DNA of 46,382 nt from Candidatus Bathyarchaeota archaeon (GTDB lineage: Archaea > Thermoproteota > Bathyarchaeia > Bathyarchaeales > Bathyarchaeaceae). Positions 36,379-45,151 of this stretch are shown piece after piece. The stretch covers positions 1-46,382 of the forward strand of contig JAOUKN010000003.1 in NCBI GenBank assembly GCA_029882515.1, written 5' to 3'. Within the stretch, counting starts at the first letter, position 1. Every line of letters begins with the position of its first letter. A program made the translations under genes and the position numbers. Below the pieces are notes generated by a model. That model had not been told where the DNA came from. It made no database searches and worked only from the letters and a program-made list of their open reading frames with translations.

Positions 36379-36450
36379 CTGGATGATGAATAAGAGAGTT
36401 AGCAGAGCTGTAGAGCTGTGATAAGAAACTCTCGACGGGCGATCTGACAC
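36379..36450 (+). ncRNA. Box C/D methylation-guide sRNA
   Basis: C box ATGATGA 36383-36389, D' CAGA 36403-36406, C' GTGATAA 36418-36424, D CTGA 36444-36447. The guides are complementary to conserved 23S H69 and 16S h44 sequences. Intergenic between alaXM and purA. Confidence 0.75.
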
Positions 36451-36537
36451 TACTATTTGAGATAGAATATACAAAAAGAGTTATCTACTTCCTTAAAATT
36501 TAAATAATTATGCCTATAAACGACTGAGGGAAAAGAC

Positions 36538-37542
36538 GTGTCATGCACAGTGGTTGTTTGTGGTTTCTTTGGAGACACCGGCAAAGGAAAAATCATTTCG
36601 TACCTTGCTCCAAGAGATAAAGTTGCTGTCACTGTGAGAGCTGGTGTTGGTCCAAATGCAGGCCATACCGTGGTTCACGAAGGAAGAGAGTATAAGTTGC
36701 GGATGCTTCCCAGTGCCTTTGTCTATGACAGATGTCGCCTGTTGATAGGGCCTGGTGTTCTCATTAATCCCCAAATTCTAGTGAGAGAGGTTCAATTAAC
36801 AAATTCTCAAAATAGGGTTGGTGTTGATCCCCAATGTGCAATTATAGAATCGAAACATATTCAGGTTGACAGAAAGGGAGAACTTGCTGAAAAGATAAAG
36901 ACGACTGGAACTGGCACTGGACCATGTAATGCTGAAAGAGCACTTCGAACAGTCAAACTCGCCCGTGACATGCCTGACCTAAAGAATTATCTGACAGACG
37001 TTCCTCAAGAAGTGAATGAAGCACTCAATGACAGAAAGAATGTGTTGATTGAGGGCACTCAGGGAACATACCTTTCCTTGTATCATGGAACGTATCCCTA
37101 TTGCACATCTAAAGACGTAACAGCCTCAGCCGCGTGTTCAGATGTAGGAATTGGGCCCACGAGAGTTAACGATGTAGTTCTCGTCTTCAAGACTTATACC
37201 ACTCGAGTGGGAGGGGGACCCCTTCCAAACGAACTCTCCCAGGAGGAAGCAGAAAAGAGAGGATGGGCAGAAGTGGCAACGGTGACTGGAAGAATACGAA
37301 GAGCAGCACCCTTTAACTATGACCTAGCAAAAAGAGCGGTTATGCTAAATGGAGCTACACAAGCTGCAGTGACAAAGATCGATATAGTATACCCAGAATG
37401 CAAAGGAGTTCAATCCTATGAAGAACTATCACAACAGGCGAAGACTTTCATTAAAAAAATTGAAAAAGAAATAAAAGTGCCAGTGACATTGATTGGAACA
37501 GGACCGGGCACCTGGGAAATTGTAGATAGGAGAAATGTTTGA
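36538..37542 (+). CDS. purA: Adenylosuccinate synthetase (short archaeal type)
   Basis: FFGDTGKGK, GPNAGHT, EGTQGTYLS, YPYCTS, TRVGGGPL, TVTGRIRR and TKID. Confidence 0.95.
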   Translation: MSCTVVVCGFFGDTGKGKIISYLAPRDKVAVTVRAGVGPNAGHTVVHEGREYKLRMLPSAFVYDRCRLLIGPGVLINPQILVREVQLTNSQNRVGVDPQCAIIESKHIQVDRKGELAEKIKTTGTGTGPCNAERALRTVKLARDMPDLKNYLTDVPQEVNEALNDRKNVLIEGTQGTYLSLYHGTYPYCTSKDVTASAACSDVGIGPTRVNDVVLVFKTYTTRVGGGPLPNELSQEEAEKRGWAEVATVTGRIRRAAPFNYDLAKRAVMLNGATQAAVTKIDIVYPECKGVQSYEELSQQAKTFIKKIEKEIKVPVTLIGTGPGTWEIVDRRNV

Positions 37543-37544
37543 CC

Positions 37545-37835
37545 ATGTCAAAAATTGGAATTGATATATCTGAACTGCGAACAGGAGACGGTGATGAAGT
37601 CATAGAAGCCCTTGCAGAGTTTCTTAGAGACAAAGTGAAAGCCGAAATAGATGTTACAAGTGGCGAGATCATTTTAGAGTATGAGGAAACAAAGGAGGCT
37701 CCATCTAAAGCCCATCTTCGAGTGCTTCTTCGAAAATTCTTACATAAAGAAGAATTGAAAGAATGGTTCCGCGTGATTGCTGGCAAAGAAAAGGCTTTCA
37801 TTATAAAAGAGAAACGAAGAGTCACAGGAGAATAA
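37545..37835 (+). CDS. Ribosomal protein eL22 (L22e)-like protein
   Basis: IDIS...LAEFLRDKVK...PSKAHLRVLLRKFLHKEELKEWFRVIA resembles eukaryotic eL22 (IDC...LEKFLQERIK...FSKRYLKYLTKKYLKK..VRDWLRVIA). AGGAG lies upstream and the ATG is 2 nt after the purA stop. Confidence 0.65.
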   Translation: MSKIGIDISELRTGDGDEVIEALAEFLRDKVKAEIDVTSGEIILEYEETKEAPSKAHLRVLLRKFLHKEELKEWFRVIAGKEKAFIIKEKRRVTGE

Positions 37836-37865
37836 TAATATTGGGAACGCAAGATCAACGACAAT

Positions 37866-38240
37866 TTATTGACGCTTTTTCTCAAGAAAATTCTGCACCT
37901 TTAGAAGATGGCCACGGGCTAGCCATATGTTCTTGTGGGCTTCCGGAAGGTTGCCATTCTCAAAATCAGTTTGAGCCTTTTTAAGCAATTCTTGTGTAGA
38001 AGCGATTACGGGTGCAAATTCGAGCCCCTTTGATTTTAGGTTACCTTTCCATGAATGATTTTGATCTTCGTTTTGTCGTAGGATAGAGAAAAGGAAAAGA
38101 GCGTATTCCAGTTCTGCAGATGCTTTCCAAATCTGGTTCTCTAGCGCGTCTCGATTGTTTTCTGCAATGGATTTTTTGGAGTTTTCAAGATGTTTCATCG
38201 TTGATAGAATAGCCTTTGTTATCTTTTTTTCTAGTGCCAT
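37866..38240 (-). CDS. Hypothetical helical-bundle protein
   Basis: 124-aa amphipathic helical ORF with ATG start; no motif recognised. Confidence 0.65.
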   Translation of the reverse strand: MALEKKITKAILSTMKHLENSKKSIAENNRDALENQIWKASAELEYALFLFSILRQNEDQNHSWKGNLKSKGLEFAPVIASTQELLKKAQTDFENGNLPEAHKNIWLARGHLLKVQNFLEKKRQ

Positions 38241-38384
38241 TCTTAATCCCTAATGCCTTGAAATATTAGTGTCACAATGTAGCGAATATACCAAGTCTCT
38301 CTTCTTTTAACAATTTCCTTACTGAGAATCTTCCGTTAATTTTTTCTTTTGCCACGAAATTACTACAAGCAAATGCGATGACCT

Positions 38385-39260
38385 ATGCAAAGACCTATTT
38401 TCACAGTAGTAACAACTGCAAAGAATGAGAAGAACAAAGATGTATTAAGAGAGACTTTTGAGAATTGGGAACGTGCAACTGAGCCATTTGGTAGAAGTGT
38501 TGAGTTCATCGTAGTGGATGCTGGGGGAAATACTGAGCTACCATGGACGGACTTGACAAATATTGTATCCTCTGAAGAATATAAGAGATATAAGGAAGAA
38601 CTTTACCGTTCCAAAATCATCAAACATCAATGGTGGGATTCCCCTTCCATAGGAAGAAATTGTGGTTTCCGATATGCCAACGGCTGGATAGTTGTTTTTC
38701 AAGATATAGACTCCCTTTTCTCTACAGGCACAGATTTCGACTACGAATACGTTACGGAATTGGATGCTTATGATAACTGGTTCGAAGTAATGTATCAGGC
38801 TTTCAAAAGAAAGAATATTGTGGCAGCCACGCCGTCACTAAGACCAAGGGACAGTAGGAAAATCAGCAGACGATTTGCCGCTATGGGCTTAAATACCTTA
38901 ACTCGCATGTCATTAAAACTTCCTTCAATAAGTGTCCACGATACTATTATGGTAGGGGGAAGTGTTCCAGGATGTAGCATAGCCATGTTACGCGAAATCG
39001 CGGCAAAATTGACTGCAGATGGAACTGGACCCTATGATCCTGAACTGGCCATAGGAGAAGATTACAAGTTGTCAAGAAGGTTAGGGATGTGTGGAAAGGT
39101 GTCTTATGAGAAGAAAGCTGGCATATTTGTTAGGACGCTTAGCAGAGTGAGTGGCGGTTTTGATATCACCAAATCTTTAGTTTACGCTCTTAAGTGGGCG
39201 CCACATTATCTGTTTCCTGGACGATACTGCAAATACCAGAAGCACACACTATCAATGTAA
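38385..39260 (+). CDS. Glycosyltransferase family 2
   Basis: FTVVTTAKNE, EFIVVDAG, GRNCG, VFQDID (DxD) and GEDY. Confidence 0.8.
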   Translation: MQRPIFTVVTTAKNEKNKDVLRETFENWERATEPFGRSVEFIVVDAGGNTELPWTDLTNIVSSEEYKRYKEELYRSKIIKHQWWDSPSIGRNCGFRYANGWIVVFQDIDSLFSTGTDFDYEYVTELDAYDNWFEVMYQAFKRKNIVAATPSLRPRDSRKISRRFAAMGLNTLTRMSLKLPSISVHDTIMVGGSVPGCSIAMLREIAAKLTADGTGPYDPELAIGEDYKLSRRLGMCGKVSYEKKAGIFVRTLSRVSGGFDITKSLVYALKWAPHYLFPGRYCKYQKHTLSM

Positions 39261-39277
39261 AAAAGAAAACTTGAATT

Positions 39278-40672
39278 TTAGGCAGCGCGTGTAAGGGTGT
39301 CTGTCAACGGTTTCGCATTTTTTAGGTTGAAAGCATATCTTTCCCAGTCCCATAAGCTTTTGGCATACCTGCCCTTCCCTCTCCGTCTATTGTATACTCT
39401 GCCTGCTGCCAACCATTCACCGTTCGTTCTCACGTTGATAAGCCCATAATTGGTTTTTTCGTATAACTGAATTCCAACATCTTCAGATTTAAAGTCTACA
39501 CCTTTGAAGGTTGCACCGATCTCTGTCGAGAACAGTAGTGGTCTTTCAATTACATTGGGTGCGTAACGCCCTAAGCTGCCCAAGGGGTTGGCTCTTGGAT
39601 GTCCATAATCAGGTTGGTCACCTGAGGAGACGACGGTCACCCAAGGCTGAATGATTCTGAGGAACTCGGTGGTAAAATCCTGGCTTCCATGATGATTTGC
39701 CTTAAAAACGTGTGCAATGGGGGTCTCCTGTTTGCAGTGCTCTAGAAATTGCTTTTCTGCCTTCTCGTTCATATCTCCACACAACAATATTCGTGCCTTG
39801 CCATACTCGAGCAGAACCGCTACAGAGTTTCCGTTTATGGTCTCGCTTGGACGTCCGAATTTCATGAGTTTAGGCGAGTTCTTACTGTCTAGGTTTATGG
39901 GGTTCAGGAAGCTGATTTTCAATGGTTTCTTTTTATCTAAAACAAGCGGTTCTGTGTTCTGGTCCGCTCGAATGCACTTAAAGTCGATATTGCTCTGCAG
40001 TGCCCTATCTCTTGCCTGTGAAACTGCTTCAACCCACTTTTTGTAGGTTCTAGTTAATTCCCCTGCCTTCGGCTCTAAATCCTCTATATCGCTGTATAAT
40101 TCGACGAGCATTTCTTTCCCTTTAACTTTTTCTTCCTTGCCCAGAACTGGTTTTTTCGTACGCTTAGCTATCCCATTGTGATAGATTGCTTTTACTAACA
40201 CATGGTCGTCATTAAGTAATGGGAATAGCCCACCTGTATGATCCGTGTCACCGTGAGTCATAATTACCGCGTCGAAATCTTTGTGATATTTTTTCAAGTT
40301 ATACTTCCATCTTATGAAACTGTAAGCACTTTTGTCTCGTCCCCCATCTATGAGAATCCTTTTGTCGTCTGCTGTCTGGATGAGGATCGAATCTCCTTGA
40401 CCCACATCGATGAAATAGATTTCAAGAATCCTTTCCTCTCCAATTGAATCACTGGGCACATAGCCTTCTCCACCTCGGAACTTTATCTGTGATTCTTGTC
40501 CCTCCGTTCCAAGACACTTTGTCCAGTCGCCTACGAAAAGATTGGCTACAACTTGTCTTTTCTTTCCTTTCTCGGCTTCACCTGTTGAAATATCATAAGC
40601 TTTCGTTACTAACTTTTTTATCCATCGATAGTCTTTTTGTGCATCTTTTGCCTTCTTCAACGATTTAGACAA
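39278..40672 (-). CDS. ComEC/Rec2-type metallo-beta-lactamase fold hydrolase (stand-alone)
   Basis: FIDVGQGDSILI, LIDGG, THGDTDHTGG, LLCGD, KANHHGS and YGHP. Confidence 0.85.
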   Translation of the reverse strand: MSKSLKKAKDAQKDYRWIKKLVTKAYDISTGEAEKGKKRQVVANLFVGDWTKCLGTEGQESQIKFRGGEGYVPSDSIGEERILEIYFIDVGQGDSILIQTADDKRILIDGGRDKSAYSFIRWKYNLKKYHKDFDAVIMTHGDTDHTGGLFPLLNDDHVLVKAIYHNGIAKRTKKPVLGKEEKVKGKEMLVELYSDIEDLEPKAGELTRTYKKWVEAVSQARDRALQSNIDFKCIRADQNTEPLVLDKKKPLKISFLNPINLDSKNSPKLMKFGRPSETINGNSVAVLLEYGKARILLCGDMNEKAEKQFLEHCKQETPIAHVFKANHHGSQDFTTEFLRIIQPWVTVVSSGDQPDYGHPRANPLGSLGRYAPNVIERPLLFSTEIGATFKGVDFKSEDVGIQLYEKTNYGLINVRTNGEWLAAGRVYNRRRGKGRYAKSLWDWERYAFNLKNAKPLTDTLTRAA

Positions 40673-40712
40673 CAGATCAACTCCGAAATTAGAATGAGCC
40701 GGTGTTGGTTGT

Positions 40713-40901
40713 TTATTCCCCTGTGAGGTCTTGGATTATTGCTTTGGGAGCGTTTTCTCTGACAGACGCTATGCCATTTTTGCAGCCATCTTTTGATGTG
40801 TATCCTTCACTCACAGATATTATCTCGCCATTTGGTGCTCTTAACCTAAATCTGTATTCGCCAGCAGTATCTTTGTAAATTTCAAATTGTGCTTCAGGCA
40901 T
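40713..40901 (-). CDS. YegP/DUF1508 (UPF0339) family protein
   Basis: FEIYKD.AGEYRFRLRAPNGEII..SEGYTSK..C.NGIASVR.NA. Confidence 0.88.
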   Translation of the reverse strand: MPEAQFEIYKDTAGEYRFRLRAPNGEIISVSEGYTSKDGCKNGIASVRENAPKAIIQDLTGE

Positions 40902-41167
40902 GATTCTCACTTCTCACTATTCATTCAACAATTCATTCAACTATCTATTGCTTTTTTTCTTATTTAAGACTTTCAATTCCCAATGGAACTACAGCTACGC
41001 GGGCTTGTACGTTACCTTTCAGGAGAACAGCTTTGGAAAATAGCCAATATATCATCTGATATATCAAAAAGGCTAAGTGTCAGTGAAAATAGTACTTACC
41101 ATAATTACTCTACATGTGTAAAGTATTTATCCTCGCTCTGTGATATATATATTTGTGGTGAGAAAAA

Positions 41168-41662
41168 ATGCCGGAACAGATCGTGAAACAGGAAAGCAAG
41201 AGTTTAAGCCAATTGGCTGCTGACGATGAAAAATTCTATCAGAATACAACCTTCTATTCAAAGAAACACACCTGGGCAAAGGTGACTTCAAACTGGACTA
41301 TACAAGTTGGACTAACTGACTTTGCTATACAACATCTAAAAGCTCTCGCCAAAATCTACACTGATGACGAAAACTCTATTGTCAGGATACTAGAACCATT
41401 CGGAGTTGCTGAAACATGGATGTTCATGTTTGATTTATACTCGCCGGTAGCTGGTCGAATTGTCAAGATTAACAGAGGAGTACTAGAGAATGAAGGAAAG
41501 CTCTTGGCGCCTGATTGTAGAACTTGGTTAATTGAAGTCTCTCCTATAGATCATAATGCTCTCATTGCTGAACTGGGTTTATTGTTGAAAGAAGCTGGAT
41601 ACAAAGAGTATCTTGAGGACGTTAAGAAAAAAATTCTACCCAAACTTGGACATCTCTGTTAG
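41168..41662 (+). CDS. Glycine cleavage H-like protein lacking the lipoyl lysine
   Basis: HTWAK, VGLTDFA, FGVAETWM..DLYSPVAGRIVKIN and WLIEV. The canonical ESVK is ETWM here. Confidence 0.75.
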   Translation: MPEQIVKQESKSLSQLAADDEKFYQNTTFYSKKHTWAKVTSNWTIQVGLTDFAIQHLKALAKIYTDDENSIVRILEPFGVAETWMFMFDLYSPVAGRIVKINRGVLENEGKLLAPDCRTWLIEVSPIDHNALIAELGLLLKEAGYKEYLEDVKKKILPKLGHLC

Positions 41663-41715
41663 ATCTTATTGTGAAACTCAATATCTCTCTTTTTTGCGCG
41701 CTCCTTGCTTGTATG

Positions 41716-43806
41716 TTATCTCTCAACAGAGACTTTGCTTACTCCAGCTTCTTTCTCGAATCGTATGACATGTTCTGCTTTTTGGGCAAACGCCTCGTTA
41801 TGTGTGACGGCAATTATTTGTTCGATGGCTTTTAGTCGGGAGATGGCTTCGGCCAGCCGATCGATAGACCCGTCTTCTCTTCCCAGGCTTTCTGTGGGTT
41901 CATCTAAGAGAAGCATGTATAGTCCATGTCCAGTCCTTGACTGCATAATCAGTTGTCCCAAACCTATGCGATATGCGAACGCAAGGAGGGTTCGCTCTCC
42001 GCCAGATAAGTTGGTTACAGTTCGTTCATAGCCTTCTTCGCTCCTGATAGATGGTGTATATGTCTCATCAATGTTCACAAGTAGCAGAGATCCTTCCACG
42101 CCAACGAGTCCATCTAAAATCTGCTGAACCGACCTCTGCAAGTACGTGACAAATTCACTCCTCAACTTCGGCTGGATGCTCCTATAAACTCCACGTATTC
42201 CCTCAATAATCTCAAGAATCTTCTCGATTTTCTTCATTCTCTCGATCTTTTGCTGAGCATGATCCAACCGTTCTCTAATGTTATCAACTCTCAGTGTAAC
42301 GTCTTTCTTCCGAATTGCCATTGATTCCAACCGATTTTTTAGACTAGAGTATTGGTCAAAAGAAGTATCACGAAGTGTTTTCGCGGTTTCAAGCTCTCTA
42401 ATGTCAAATTTGGCGATTTCCTTTCTGGTGAGATCAAGTTGATTCCGAAGCAGTTTCTCATACCGTTGTTTCTCTGCAAACTCCTTTCGAAGTTTGTTTA
42501 ATGATGTGTGTTCCTTCGAGTGCTGGTTTCTGAAATCTTCAATTCGTGGTGTAAGAGACTGCAATCCCGAAAGGGTTGGATTGATAATGCTTTTCAGTCT
42601 TTCTAGTTCATCAAGGTCTCTCTGGAGTTCGATGAGCCTTTTTTCACGTTCGGCATTTTCTTCTTGAAGGCGTTGAAGAAGATTCCTTTTGTATGTGTTT
42701 GGTAGGTTTTGGAGGCATAATGGACACTTGCTTTCTGTTGTTAATGTTGAAAGACGGTCTTGAGAATTTTGCATTTCCTTTTTAGTGGCTTCTTGTTCAC
42801 CCCAAATGTTAGTGGCTTGATATTCAAGTGCTTCGAGATGCTTTCTGATTTCCTCAATTGTTTGATCAGATTGAAGCCCTGCTTTTTCTTGAAGCCCATG
42901 GCGATAAGACTTTTCTTGGCCCTCCAAGGATTTCAGACGGGCCTCCAAATCACTGATAGAGGATTTTTCTTGTTCAATTTCCTCAGACAGTCGGGCGCAT
43001 GTGTCTTCCATATTGACGAGGTCTGCCTGTATCTTAGCTTTTTTCCTTTGCAACTCTTCGGTTTGTCTTCTTAATGCTTCAAGATTTTGCAGACGTGAAG
43101 TTGCTTCTTTCAGGGTTGCCTCAGCTTTTAGAATGTTTGTTTTCAGGTCTTGGATTTCATCTTCCATCAAAGAAAATTCTTCAACTGCATTGTTGTAGTC
43201 TGCTTGCAGTTTTTCGATTCCAACCATGTCAGGGTCTTTTTCTAGGGTTCCCTTTTCGATTCCATAGTCCCTTTGGAAGGTAGCTAGGCTACTCCAAGCA
43301 ACTTCGTAATCTGAAAGACCAAATAGTTGGTCAAATTTCTTCTGTCTTTCACGTGGCGTCATGTCCAGTAGTGTTTTCAAGTGCTCTTGGCGTATCCAAA
43401 CAACTTCACGGAAAATATCTTTGTCAATACCCGTGATTGCCATCAACTGCTCTGAGACTGCTTCACCTTTTGCACTTGCAATCAGCTTGTCTTCCTTGAA
43501 AAGTTTGAGTTGTTCCATGTCTTGGCTAATGCCTTTTTCTCTTCTTTGTAGGCCTCTGTGAATTGTGTAGGTTTTTCCGCCATGAACAAAAATTACGCTC
43601 AACTTGCCAAAATCTTCTCCTTCTCTAAGAAGGTAGTCGTAACTTCTGCCTAACGGATCACCAAAAAGAGCAAAATCAATAGCAAGTAAAACACTCGATT
43701 TTCCACAGCCTACCCCTCCAACTAAACAGTTGAAGCCTTCAGCAAAGGGCACATTACTGTTTGCATGAGAACGAATGTTCTCCAGTTTTACTTCTTTGAT
43801 TCTCAT
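41716..43806 (-). CDS. rad50: Rad50/SbcC ATPase (short, 696 aa)
   Basis: Walker A GGVGCGKS, Q-loop IRQ, Zn-hook CPLC, LSGGE, LLLDEPT and VTH; ATGA overlap with mre11. Confidence 0.88.
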   Translation of the reverse strand: MRIKEVKLENIRSHANSNVPFAEGFNCLVGGVGCGKSSVLLAIDFALFGDPLGRSYDYLLREGEDFGKLSVIFVHGGKTYTIHRGLQRREKGISQDMEQLKLFKEDKLIASAKGEAVSEQLMAITGIDKDIFREVVWIRQEHLKTLLDMTPRERQKKFDQLFGLSDYEVAWSSLATFQRDYGIEKGTLEKDPDMVGIEKLQADYNNAVEEFSLMEDEIQDLKTNILKAEATLKEATSRLQNLEALRRQTEELQRKKAKIQADLVNMEDTCARLSEEIEQEKSSISDLEARLKSLEGQEKSYRHGLQEKAGLQSDQTIEEIRKHLEALEYQATNIWGEQEATKKEMQNSQDRLSTLTTESKCPLCLQNLPNTYKRNLLQRLQEENAEREKRLIELQRDLDELERLKSIINPTLSGLQSLTPRIEDFRNQHSKEHTSLNKLRKEFAEKQRYEKLLRNQLDLTRKEIAKFDIRELETAKTLRDTSFDQYSSLKNRLESMAIRKKDVTLRVDNIRERLDHAQQKIERMKKIEKILEIIEGIRGVYRSIQPKLRSEFVTYLQRSVQQILDGLVGVEGSLLLVNIDETYTPSIRSEEGYERTVTNLSGGERTLLAFAYRIGLGQLIMQSRTGHGLYMLLLDEPTESLGREDGSIDRLAEAISRLKAIEQIIAVTHNEAFAQKAEHVIRFEKEAGVSKVSVER

Positions 43807-45005
43807 GAAACAAAACCTTCCAGCTCTTTCTTTATCTTGGCTTCATCTTTCTTCACTAATGGCTCGATCATATTGACTGCAAGCTTAGACATCTTTTCAG
43901 CTTCTTCGTGACCATAGCGTTCACGGAAAACTTCAAAAAAGTACTCAAATGCCTTCGTTTTAAGGTCTTTCAACTCGCCTTCAAATATAGAACGGACAAT
44001 CTCCTCTGAAACTTCGGTTTCTCTCAATCTAATAAGCGGACGCACCAAGAGTGCCTTTTCAGCGGCATCTCTAATTTTTCTGAGATCAACCTCTCCTCGC
44101 GTTGCTGAGGTTGGAAGCACCCCGCGAAGTACAGGGATGATTATGGCGCCGTCTTCATCGGCTTCCCTGACTGACTCAACTGCCTTCTCAGTTATTTTTG
44201 CAGGAGTTGAACCAGAATAGTCATGGTCTAAAATAATGAAGTGCCGGGGAGTTTCAAGATTGATGCGATGAAGTTTCGGGACTCCTTTTGCATTCACTTC
44301 TACGTGGAAAAACCCCTTTTTGATGGAGGCGTCTTCATAACTTACTGTTTCGGTACAACCACTGTAGGCAAGGATGCCGTTTTTAAAAGGCATTTTATGG
44401 AGACTGTGAACGTGCCCGCCTGCATAGTAGTCAAAGTCGTCAGGAAGGAGTTCCGGTGTAGCTTCAGCTTCTATTTGAGGTGGCTTTAGGCTAGGAATGT
44501 CCAAGGCCATGTGAAAGACAAAGATGTTGAAGAGAGAAGGGTCTGGAGTGGGTCGATTTTCCCCAAGAAAAGTGGGCAACTGTTCTTCAGTTCTTCTTTT
44601 TGTTCTGAAGTTTGGAACACCATAGACGTAGCAGTTTTTGTTCTGCCAAAAAGCTCCTTTTCTGCGGGGCAAATAGTGAATTAAGCCTGCGCTATCGAGA
44701 GGGTTGAGAATTGTGCCTGTGATTACGTTTGGTGCCGAATCGTGAGAGCCATCCACCGTGAGAACTGGAATCCCAGCGTCTCTCAGGTGCTTAAAATTCG
44801 TTATGGCGTTCTCCAGAGTAATGTTCGAAGGACGAGCTTGCTGAAACAAGTCTCCAGCAATAATCATGAAATCGGGTTTTAACTGCATAGTTTTTTCCAC
44901 AACCTCTTGGAAGACTCTGTTGAAGTCTTCACGGCGTACATCCAGATTATATTGTGCATAACCAAGATGTAAATCGGCTACATGAACAAAACTGAAGGGC
45001 TTCAA
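43803..45005 (-). CDS. mre11: Mre11/SbcD nuclease
   Basis: ADLHLG, AGDLF, GSHD, FH and GGHVH phosphoesterase motifs; adjacent to rad50. Confidence 0.9.
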   Translation of the reverse strand: MKPFSFVHVADLHLGYAQYNLDVRREDFNRVFQEVVEKTMQLKPDFMIIAGDLFQQARPSNITLENAITNFKHLRDAGIPVLTVDGSHDSAPNVITGTILNPLDSAGLIHYLPRRKGAFWQNKNCYVYGVPNFRTKRRTEEQLPTFLGENRPTPDPSLFNIFVFHMALDIPSLKPPQIEAEATPELLPDDFDYYAGGHVHSLHKMPFKNGILAYSGCTETVSYEDASIKKGFFHVEVNAKGVPKLHRINLETPRHFIILDHDYSGSTPAKITEKAVESVREADEDGAIIIPVLRGVLPTSATRGEVDLRKIRDAAEKALLVRPLIRLRETEVSEEIVRSIFEGELKDLKTKAFEYFFEVFRERYGHEEAEKMSKLAVNMIEPLVKKDEAKIKKELEGFVS

Positions 45006-45151
45006 CCTTTCTGTCCACCTTTTTCAGTCGCTACGAGGTTTGACGTTTAGTAGTTGCGACTACCTTTTAAAAGTATTAGAAATCACTTTCCTTCAAGGCC
45101 AGCTTTCCGGTTAAGCAATTGGAAATCTCAGGTTTCTGCAGGTCCGCTGAT

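Noticed and set aside
37451-37984. ORFs 37451-37885 (-) and 37763-37984 (+)
   Set aside because: They overlap better-supported genes (purA, the eL22-like gene and the 124-aa ORF) and have no motifs.
40983-41186. 67-aa ORF upstream of the gcvH-like gene
   Set aside because: It lies in an AT-rich divergent promoter region, has no recognisable features and overlaps the next start; it cannot be supported.
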